15,713 nt of DNA from Bdellovibrionota bacterium. Its GTDB lineage: Bacteria; Bdellovibrionota_C; UBA2361; JBIKUX01. The stretch is from assembly GCA_044347345.1 (NCBI GenBank), contig JBIKUX010000038.1, forward strand, positions 1 to 15,713, read 5' to 3'. Below the pieces are notes generated by a model. The model was not told the DNA's origin and made no database searches. It saw only the letters and a program-made list of their open reading frames with translations. Position 1 is the first letter of the stretch; every line of letters starts with the position of its first letter. Position numbers and translations under genes: made by a program. This document shows, in pieces, positions 1 through 7,319 of this stretch.

Positions 1-49
1 TTTTGGCTTTTGGCTTTTGGCTTTTGGCTTTTGGCTTTTGGCTTTTGGC
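1..49. repeat. Heptanucleotide tandem repeat (TTTTGGC)7, truncated by the left window edge
   Basis: Seven perfect TTTTGGC units read directly from positions 1-49. Minus-strand frames entering the repeat are closed by nearby stops with no usable start codon. Confidence 0.97.
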
Positions 50-249
50 TGAGGTCTAGATAGAGTGGCTCTTACATTTATGAATTACGACGTGGTTAGA
101 GAGAAAATTACAGCTGTATATTTTATCAAAGAGCGTTAAGATTTACCTCAACGATTAAGGAAGCGCGAGTTATGCCAGTATCAAAAAGGTAAATATTGGA
201 GCTGAGCCTTTTGAATAGAATAATGATAAAGAGGGAGGGGTAGGCTAAG

Positions 250-562
250 CAGAGCATCTTCGAGAATCTGAACATAGGTTTTTACCGCCTGGTCTAAAAC
301 TCCTATATTACTTGCGATCTTTGATTGGTTAAAAATCTCACCACTAGATTGCGCTGCTACCTATTGTAGAAACCTACTGAACGGGCACTACTCGAGCTTT
401 CCAATTATTTACTCTTCTGTAATCTCTTCCTTGAGATAATTTGTGATATAACTCCTAGTATATAAAACACATAAGCCTACTCCTTAGGATTAGCCAAGAT
501 GGTCGGTAGCCTTTAAAAAGCAACTCTTCAAAGCCCACCTTCCTTTCTCGAAGGCTGCTCTG
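250..562. repeat. Long-range imperfect inverted repeat (250-266 / 545-562) bracketing a hairpin-rich non-coding segment
   Basis: CAGAGCATCTTCGAGAA (250-266) pairs with TTCTCGAAGGCTGCTCTG (545-562): 16 Watson-Crick pairs, 1 G-T pair and one bulged C. The ORF track lists nothing in this region. Confidence 0.7.
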
Positions 563-635
563 TGTATTTTTAAGGGTATAGGATGTGCGCTTTGTCTATC
601 TATGAGGCTTTAAGGAGACTGTAACACTACTAGTC

Positions 636-1436
636 TTATGTTTGAAGCTTATGCTTTTTGTAAGCTGTTATGATGCCATGTAAAACAAGGTCAGGTTTAG
701 TTTTATGAAATAAGCCCTCTCTTTCAAATAGAGCACTAAAGCCACCAGTGCCAATAGTTAAAACAGTTTCATGGGTTGTAAATATTTCAGTTGAAATCTG
801 TTTAATACAACCACTTACAGCGTGGATTGTGCCAAAATATAAACCAGATTGAATACCCTCAACGGTAGAATCACCGACTATTGATGGTGGGCGCACAATC
901 GCAACGGCTGGGAGTTTAGCTGTGCGCTGAAACAAGGATTCCATTGCTAGCCGAGGGCCTGGAAGAATAATACCACCAAGATAAGTAGCATCTGCGCGAA
1001 TTACATCAAAAGTAATAGCTGTACCAAAATCAACAACTATACAGTTTTCCCCAGGGAACATATCTTGCGCCGCAAGAGTGTTGGCTAACCTATCGGCACC
1101 AACCTCATTTGGATTTTTATAGTTTATCGAAATGCCGTAAGCCGTAGCGGCCGTAAGAACAAATGGATCATGATTTAAGTATTTACGACTCGCTTCTTGA
1201 AAGCTTTGTAGAGTAGAGGGAACTACAGACGCTGTAGCAACGCCGGTAATGCTACTAATCTCGACATTATGCTCCTTTAACATTAATCTTAGGCTTAGAC
1301 CTAGTTCATCGGCAGTTGTGCCAGAATTATTATTTAACCGGAAGCGTGGTGAAAATGAAACTCCATCTTCCGAGGTTATGCCAGCAGTAATCTCAGTATT
1401 GCCAATATCTACAACTAACGTACGTTCGGAAGCCAT
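636..1436 (-). CDS. coaX: Type III pantothenate kinase
   Basis: Motifs VDIGNT, VGADR, VVDFGTA(I)TFD, GGIILPG, TAKLP and GTGG; 266 aa; starts 6 bp downstream of panC. Confidence 0.95.
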   Translation of the reverse strand: MASERTLVVDIGNTEITAGITSEDGVSFSPRFRLNNNSGTTADELGLSLRLMLKEHNVEISSITGVATASVVPSTLQSFQEASRKYLNHDPFVLTAATAYGISINYKNPNEVGADRLANTLAAQDMFPGENCIVVDFGTAITFDVIRADATYLGGIILPGPRLAMESLFQRTAKLPAVAIVRPPSIVGDSTVEGIQSGLYFGTIHAVSGCIKQISTEIFTTHETVLTIGTGGFSALFEREGLFHKTKPDLVLHGIITAYKKHKLQT

Positions 1437-1442
1437 AGAGGG

Positions 1443-2219
1443 TTATGCAAAAGTTTTGTCACTGTTGAGTTGAGTAATCTCATGACTAGCAGGATTCTCC
1501 AACGGAACATTATCTATAAGTCTTACTTCGTTAGCACCTTCACCCAGCCTAAAAGCAGCTAAGCGCCGCCCACGCCATTCTTCAACGTAATCAACTCGCG
1601 CACCTAGGGCACTAATCTGCTCGGCGGCTTCTACCGAGGACGGAGCATTTTTCAGTGCTAATGCACAAGCAATGGCTGTTTCTCGTTGGATAGGGGATAG
1701 CCGATTATTTCTAGAGCTGTAAGCCAATTGAGATGGTTCTCGTTTGATAGGGCAGCCTACTATCTCGGTTTCCAAAAAAAAAGCTTTGACCAAGCCACGA
1801 ACAAGTTCAAGTTGTTGATAATCTTTTTTTCCGAAGTATGCCCGAGTAGGCCGCACCTTAATAAGAAGTTTAAGTACTATTGTAAGCATGCCACTAAAGT
1901 GCCCTGGCCTAAAAGCACCACACATCTGCGAGCTGAGTTGGTTTTCAACAACTGTATAAGCCCCTCCGTCTGGATACATTTCACTTACTGAAGGGGTAAG
2001 AACCTCATCAACGTTAAGAGTGCTAAGTAAGGTAAGATCATCATTAATAGAACGAGGATACTTTTCAAAATCGTCCGGCTTATCAAATTGAGTAGGATTT
2101 ACAAAGATAGAAACAACTGTTTTGTCATTTTCCTGTTGTGCTCTGTGAATTAGCGATACATGACCGGCATGTAAGGCTCCCATAGTCGGTATAAAACCCA
2201 CTGTTTTTGTTTTATTCAT
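1443..2219 (-). CDS. panC: Pantoate--beta-alanine ligase (pantothenate synthetase)
   Basis: Motifs GFIPTMGALHAGH (HIGH-like), VSIFVNPTQF, RPGHF, YFGKKDYQQ, LAYSSRN and VRLIDN. An in-frame TAG at 2232-2234 limits the N-terminus. Confidence 0.96.
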   Translation of the reverse strand: MNKTKTVGFIPTMGALHAGHVSLIHRAQQENDKTVVSIFVNPTQFDKPDDFEKYPRSINDDLTLLSTLNVDEVLTPSVSEMYPDGGAYTVVENQLSSQMCGAFRPGHFSGMLTIVLKLLIKVRPTRAYFGKKDYQQLELVRGLVKAFFLETEIVGCPIKREPSQLAYSSRNNRLSPIQRETAIACALALKNAPSSVEAAEQISALGARVDYVEEWRGRRLAAFRLGEGANEVRLIDNVPLENPASHEITQLNSDKTFA

Positions 2220-2294
2220 GGTACACGCTACCTAAGCAAGCCTACCCTAGTTAATTAATCAAACCAATCTAAGATTGGGCAGATTTAACTTTCT

Positions 2295-3851
2295 TTAATC
2301 TGCTTTAATAATCACAAAGCGCTCCATTCCCTGAGTTTCAACCACAAGGCGAACACCCTGTTTAAGGGCTTCATCAGTTAAAAGCTCCTGCACTTGTTTT
2401 GCTGATGTGATGTTAGTGCCGTTAATATTAACAATAATGTCCCGAGGTCTGAGACTGGCTTGAGCTCCAAGAGAGCCAGGGTTTACATTTGTTATGACCG
2501 CTCCGGCTTTTTTCTCAGAGCGAAGTCTTTCAGATAGTTCGGGTGTCAAACTTTCAAAAGTTACTCCTATTTTAGATTGTACAGCAGAGCTTGCATCTTC
2601 ACTCTCGCCTGTTACTGAGCGAAAAGATTCTTCCGGTTGAGATGGTAGTTCTCCAATTGTTACAGAAATAGTGCGCTTTTTGCCCTCTCTAACTAGCTCT
2701 ACCGGAACAGAAGATTTAGGAGCAATCGTAGCAACGATGTTTTTTAATTGGTTTATATTTGCTACGGCACGACCGTTTACTGACAGGATAATATCCCCAC
2801 TCTTTATGCCAAACGCTTCAGCTGGTCCCCCTTTCTGAACTTGACCAACAAGGGCACCCTCAGTTCCTTGATATTTAAATGAGCGGGCTAAATCTTCATT
2901 TAAATCTTGAATAGAGACACCTAACCAGCCTCGTACTACCCGACCGTTTTCTATTAAACTCTTAACTACTAATCGAGCCATATTGCTCGGAATAGCGAAA
3001 CCAATGCCCATGTAGCCGCCACTTCGGGAAAATATGGCTGTATTAATACCAACCACTTCGCCATGAAGGTTTACTAATGGACCGCCACTATTTCCTGGGT
3101 TAATGGCAGCATCTGTTTGAATAAAATCCTCATATTGGCTGGGATTCATGAGAGAGCGACTTTTAGCGCTAACAATACCGGCTGTGATTGAATTATCCAA
3201 TCCGAAGGGATTTCCGGCAGCAACTACCCATTCGCCGATATCGAGAGTATCTGAATCCCCAAGTTTTGCCGGGATAAAAAGATTAGCAGGTGCATCAACT
3301 TTTATAACTGCTAAGTCACTCCGTGGATCAGTTCCAACTATTTTAGCAGGATATCTTTTTGGGTTGTTATTAAATTGAACTTGAACACCGTCAGCTTGAC
3401 CTATTACGTGGTTATTAGTTAGCACATGCCCTTGAGTATCAAAAATTACTCCGGTGCCTAAACCTTGTTGAGGAGATCCTTGTGGACCACGGCGGAAGCG
3501 TTCAAATAAATCCTCACCAAAAAATTCTTTAAATTGTTCGAAAAATGGATCTGATGGTAACTGTTGAGAAGGACCGTTTAACGTAGGTTTTTGTTTTTCA
3601 AAGGTACTTATATTAACAACAGAGGGAGTAATAATTCGGGCGACCCTTTTAAAGGCAGTCGATAAATTTGAAGCTGATGTAATAGCCTCTTTTTCAGGAC
3701 TATTTTGATTATCTCCGGAGGAATTACCTTCAGACGAATTTAATGTGGCGCTACTTTGAGCTTGAGCAGAAACACTTCCCGGAAAATAAGCTGCTCCTAT
3801 TAAAATTGAGCTAACTGCACCGAATAATATGGGAAGAGACCGAATTATCAT
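2295..3851 (-). CDS. degP: DegP/DegQ (HtrA, protease Do family) periplasmic serine endoprotease with two PDZ domains
   Basis: Signal peptide (..SVSAQA); catalytic triad motifs TNNHV, DLAVIK and QTDAAINPGNSGGPL; GIGFAIP; RGWLGV opens PDZ1, and a second PDZ lies at the C-terminus. DegP versus DegQ cannot be resolved by eye. Confidence 0.93.
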   Translation of the reverse strand: MIIRSLPILFGAVSSILIGAAYFPGSVSAQAQSSATLNSSEGNSSGDNQNSPEKEAITSASNLSTAFKRVARIITPSVVNISTFEKQKPTLNGPSQQLPSDPFFEQFKEFFGEDLFERFRRGPQGSPQQGLGTGVIFDTQGHVLTNNHVIGQADGVQVQFNNNPKRYPAKIVGTDPRSDLAVIKVDAPANLFIPAKLGDSDTLDIGEWVVAAGNPFGLDNSITAGIVSAKSRSLMNPSQYEDFIQTDAAINPGNSGGPLVNLHGEVVGINTAIFSRSGGYMGIGFAIPSNMARLVVKSLIENGRVVRGWLGVSIQDLNEDLARSFKYQGTEGALVGQVQKGGPAEAFGIKSGDIILSVNGRAVANINQLKNIVATIAPKSSVPVELVREGKKRTISVTIGELPSQPEESFRSVTGESEDASSAVQSKIGVTFESLTPELSERLRSEKKAGAVITNVNPGSLGAQASLRPRDIIVNINGTNITSAKQVQELLTDEALKQGVRLVVETQGMERFVIIKAD

Positions 3852-3947
3852 AAAGGATACCTTTACTTACAAACTTATTACTAACCTTTACTTTCCTTAA
3901 AAAATTTTAAGTCGTGGTTAGCTGTATAATGCGTATTTACTCTCCTT

Positions 3948-3976
3948 AAGGTACCTAGGCATATTAGTGAGTGCAA
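3948..3976 (-). promoter_or_regulatory. Possible sigma70-type promoter for degP-panC-coaX
   Basis: Minus strand reads TTGCAC (3976-3971), 17-nt spacer, TACCTT (3953-3948) in the mrcB-degP intergenic region. Consensus resemblance only. Confidence 0.3.
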
Positions 3977-4009
3977 GGGAGTCATATACTAGTAATTTTA
4001 ATTTAGTCC

Positions 4010-6526
4010 TTAACCGAAAATTCTCTCCCAAAAACCTGGCTGATTATCTTTAAAGTCTGGTGTTTGTTCTGGAGAGGGTACTCTCTCTATCTCTTTATCA
4101 TTTTTTAAATCTGATGCCGGCGGCCGTACTTGTTGTGTTGATGGTGCTTCCTCTAATTCTCGACAGGGCTCTTTAGGTTGAGAGCCTTTGACAAATATTT
4201 CAGAGATAACTTTGTCAGGTGGAGTTGATTTGGTAGCAAGGCCATAGCACCGCGTGTCAATATTTAGCGAAATAACTGAAGGCGGAGGTAAAAAATCTAA
4301 CCCAGATAAGAAAGGCTCGGCGCATTTCATAAATCTTGCCCATGTAGGTGCAGATGCTTCTCCACCCGTAATACCTAACACGTGATTGTCATCAAAACCA
4401 GTCCACACTCCTGTTGCTAATTCTGGTGTGAAGCCAATAAACCAAGCGTCACGAGCATCATTAGATGTTCCAGTTTTTCCGGCGGCCGGGCCGGTATAGT
4501 TAAGTTTACGAACGATGTTTGCCGTTCCTCGGTCCACTACACCTCGTAAAATATCAGTCATAAGATAAGCAACACCTTCACTAACTACCGGTTTTTCTGA
4601 AGCCGTAGTGCTTACTTCAAGAGATTTTTTCTGATTAAGCACAGAAAAGAATAGACGTGGATCTACTCTAACTCCCCCATTTGCTATGGTGCTATAGCCT
4701 GAAACCAGTTTTAAAAGTGATGTTTCAACGGCTCCTAAAGCTAAGGCAGGAACTTTTGGAATAGATTCGGCAATTGAAAATAACGAGAGAGTATTGGCTA
4801 AAGCTGGTATGCCTATTCGTTGCGCCACATAAACAGCCGGTATATTAAGTGATTTCTCAAGGGCATATCTTAAAGTAACATCTCCTCGGTATTTACGATC
4901 AAAGTTTTTTGGTAACCATTTTGCATTGTCAAAAAGAGTTATTCCGGTAGGAACGTCAGAAAGTATGCTTATAGCAGTGGCTACCTTATAAGAATTAAGT
5001 TTTGGCTCCATTGCTGTAATGTACAGAAAAGGCTTGATGGTAGAGCCTATTGGTCGTTTAGCTTGGGTTACATGGTCGAACTGATTTTTTGAAAATGAAC
5101 GCCCTCCTACCCAAGCTTTAATAACGCCACTAAAAGGCTCTATGGCTACTAGAGATTGCTCAACAGGTTTTCCTCTGAGGCGTGGGGATTTTTTTTCAAG
5201 GTCTTGTAAAGTAGCTTCGACTGCATTCTCAGCGCAAAGTTGTAATTCAAAATTTATACCGGTATAGATGGTATTTGGCACACTCGGATCCGCCTCTACT
5301 GAATGTTTACTGGCCAAGTGCTCTTCAAGGATTCTTTTAAAATGCGGAATGTGAAGACGGTGTATTTTAGTGCGATTTAGAACGATTGGACTAGATTGAG
5401 CCTGTGTATATTCCTCATCTGTAATTTCACCAAGTTCCTTCATTTTAGTGAGAACGGTGTTTCTTCTAGTTGTTGCTCTATCTTCGTGTCGTGATGGTGA
5501 GTAAGCAGATGGAGCTTGAATCAGACCTGCAAGTAACGCAGCTTCTGCTATTGATATATCTCGCACATCTTTTCCAAAAAATGCTTGTGATGCGCTAGCT
5601 ATGCCGTGCACGGCTATACCAGACTCTTGTGTGAAATAAACTTCATTAAGATAACGCTCAAGTATCTGATCTTTAGTTAGGTGGTATTCAAGACTTATCG
5701 CAGCAAACCACTCGATAAATTTTCTTTTTAGGGTTTTGCGTGGAGTAAGAAGAACATTTTTGGCCAACTGCTGAGTTATTGTACTGCCTCCTTCTAACCA
5801 CTTTCCTGCTCGCATATTGCGTAGCATTGCTCTGGTAATACCCAGTGGGTCTATACCCCAGTGACGATAAAACCTTCGGTCTTCTATGGTAAGGACAGCC
5901 CTCTGGACAATCTTGGGAATTTCGTTGAGTGACCGATAAGTACCAGCTCTAACAGTTCCGCTACCAAATGGTGCTAATAAACTCGGTTCAAGATAGAAGC
6001 TTGTTATAGACCCTCGAGATTTTGATACTATTGAAGTGGTAGTCAAATTGAGAGTTACAAGGTCACTACTAATCGTTTCTCCGATTGCATTAATAAAGGG
6101 ACGCAAAAAAATAATGACTATTTTTTGACCTGTGGTATCGACAGAAAACTCACCAGGTTCTTTGGGTAGATTTGCTACTTCAATGTAGTCTCTGTTAGCT
6201 AGTAATCTCCGTAGAGGTCTCCCTTCAGAGGCTCCCAATGCGTGTAAGGTATCTTCAGTAATTCTTGTTGAAGCACTAAGTATCGTAGAGTTTTGTTCTT
6301 CTCGGCCTTGAGCTATATACGTAACAACTTGTTGATTTACATCAGTAAAAATAAACGCAACTAAAGTAATACATAACAGTAGTGCAATAAAGAAATACCA
6401 GACAATTGATGATGTATCCTTTAAAGATCTGCGGTAATAAATTAATTTCTTCAGCCACGCTACTAACGTTGTGCGAACTTGTTTCACCACTGTAAATAAT
6501 GAGGGACGAAATAAGCCGTAATTCAT
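4010..6526 (-). CDS. mrcB: Class A penicillin-binding protein, PBP1B type (TM, UB2H-like domain, GT51 transglycosylase, transpeptidase)
   Basis: GT51 motifs EDRRFYRHWG, GGSTITQQL, RKFIE, KDQILERYLN and LLAGL; transpeptidase motifs STIK, SLN and KTG; N-terminal TM helix. The segment DYIEV..PKEPGEFSV..IFLRPF..FYLEPSLL resembles the E. coli PBP1B UB2H region as I recall it (YRQV..RPGEFTV..IRRPF..FRLDPRLI). Exact start uncertain. Confidence 0.9.
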   Translation of the reverse strand: MNYGLFRPSLFTVVKQVRTTLVAWLKKLIYYRRSLKDTSSIVWYFFIALLLCITLVAFIFTDVNQQVVTYIAQGREEQNSTILSASTRITEDTLHALGASEGRPLRRLLANRDYIEVANLPKEPGEFSVDTTGQKIVIIFLRPFINAIGETISSDLVTLNLTTTSIVSKSRGSITSFYLEPSLLAPFGSGTVRAGTYRSLNEIPKIVQRAVLTIEDRRFYRHWGIDPLGITRAMLRNMRAGKWLEGGSTITQQLAKNVLLTPRKTLKRKFIEWFAAISLEYHLTKDQILERYLNEVYFTQESGIAVHGIASASQAFFGKDVRDISIAEAALLAGLIQAPSAYSPSRHEDRATTRRNTVLTKMKELGEITDEEYTQAQSSPIVLNRTKIHRLHIPHFKRILEEHLASKHSVEADPSVPNTIYTGINFELQLCAENAVEATLQDLEKKSPRLRGKPVEQSLVAIEPFSGVIKAWVGGRSFSKNQFDHVTQAKRPIGSTIKPFLYITAMEPKLNSYKVATAISILSDVPTGITLFDNAKWLPKNFDRKYRGDVTLRYALEKSLNIPAVYVAQRIGIPALANTLSLFSIAESIPKVPALALGAVETSLLKLVSGYSTIANGGVRVDPRLFFSVLNQKKSLEVSTTASEKPVVSEGVAYLMTDILRGVVDRGTANIVRKLNYTGPAAGKTGTSNDARDAWFIGFTPELATGVWTGFDDNHVLGITGGEASAPTWARFMKCAEPFLSGLDFLPPPSVISLNIDTRCYGLATKSTPPDKVISEIFVKGSQPKEPCRELEEAPSTQQVRPPASDLKNDKEIERVPSPEQTPDFKDNQPGFWERIFG

Positions 6527-6564
6527 GTTGAGGTTAAGTTTTTCATAACTAATTTTTTTGTTAG

Positions 6565-7044
6565 CTAGCTGGGCAAAACCTCCTCTTTTTCTGTTAACTT
6601 GCGTGCAAGACGGTCAAGAATAGCATCAAAAAGTAGTGGATCTAACTCTCGGTGTAACTTCAATAACTCAATACTTTTTTCAATATTTCCCTGCTCCTCG
6701 TACCAATGAGATAGGCTTCTTATTCGGTCAGAGATAAGATTTTTATCTACTCCATGTGAAAGGGCCTGTTTGTAATTTACATATGCGGCATCTGGTGACC
6801 TGCGGTTGAGTTCTATATCCCCTATAAGTAGCAGATAAAAATAAGGATTTTCCCATGAAGCACGCTGATCTAGATTGAGGCGGTAATTTATATGATTTTG
6901 GTAAATGGAGATAGCCTCACCAAACTGCCCTTTACTTAGTAAGCCTTCAGCTCGCTCCAGATCACGATACCGAGCCGTAATTGAGGTAGTACACCCACAT
7001 AAGGTGCTATACGATATCATAATTAAACAAATATACTTAAACAT
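6565..7044 (-). CDS. Predicted lipoprotein with about three TPR-like repeats
   Basis: Signal peptide MFKYICLIMISYSTLCG-C with a lipobox-like LCGC (Cys18). TPR-like helical pairs: AEGLLSKGQFGEAISIYQ, IGDIELNRRSPDAAYVNYKQAL, LSHWYEEQGNIEKSIELL. Lies 38 bp upstream of mrcB on the same strand. Confidence 0.7.
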   Translation of the reverse strand: MFKYICLIMISYSTLCGCTTSITARYRDLERAEGLLSKGQFGEAISIYQNHINYRLNLDQRASWENPYFYLLLIGDIELNRRSPDAAYVNYKQALSHGVDKNLISDRIRSLSHWYEEQGNIEKSIELLKLHRELDPLLFDAILDRLARKLTEKEEVLPS

Positions 7045-7170
7045 AGATTAATAAAAAACTAAGTTGAGCTTTAACTACGTCAGTACACTCCAAATTTTTT
7101 ATTTTGGCTATGAGTGTTATAACTTCTTTTACAGTTCTTAGATAAGCGTAAGATCAGACTTTTTAAGTTT

Positions 7171-7226
7171 ACTAAATTATCAATTTAGTGTGAGGGGTGC
7201 GACTAAATTTTTTTTGTAGATATAAT
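7171..7226 (+). promoter_or_regulatory. Palindrome plus TATAAT -10 element in the divergent lipoprotein/ruvA intergenic region
   Basis: ACTAAATT-ATC-AATTTAGT (7171-7189), an extra ACTAAATT half-site (7202-7209), and a perfect TATAAT (7221-7226) ~95 bp upstream of ruvA. No good -35 element. Confidence 0.4.
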
Positions 7227-7319
7227 ATTGTCACCAAAAATTTACCAATTTTAGCGAGACTATTTTTATTGTGAGGTGTAGTAGCTTTAGGAATAGTAAA
7301 TTTTGTAGGGATTTATTTA

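Noticed and set aside
80..139. Small plus-strand ORF MNYDVVREKITAVYFIKER
   Set aside because: 19 aa, no SD and no recognisable motif; expected by chance.
455..472. Minus-strand mini-ORF MCFIY behind a strong AAGGAG, considered as a type I toxin or leader peptide
   Set aside because: Only five codons, too short for a type I toxin, and no downstream gene to regulate within the window.
50..635. RNase P RNA, tmRNA, tRNA or CRISPR array in the long non-coding region
   Set aside because: No GAGGAAAGUCC or ACAGAA..CGGCUUA RNase P signatures, no tRNA-like T-arm/CCA end, and no regularly spaced direct repeats.
1249..1473. 74-aa plus-strand ORF
   Set aside because: Antisense shadow of coaX/panC with no motifs.
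1728..1991. 87-aa plus-strand ORF
   Set aside because: Antisense to well-supported panC.
3148..3378. 76-aa plus-strand ORF
   Set aside because: Antisense to the degP protease domain.
3923..3959. Plus-strand TATAAT (3925-3930) and overlapping palindromes CCTTAAGG/AGGTACCT/CCTAGG resembling a polylinker
   Set aside because: No -35 element and no plus-strand gene; short palindromes are compatible with chance and there is no other sign of vector sequence.
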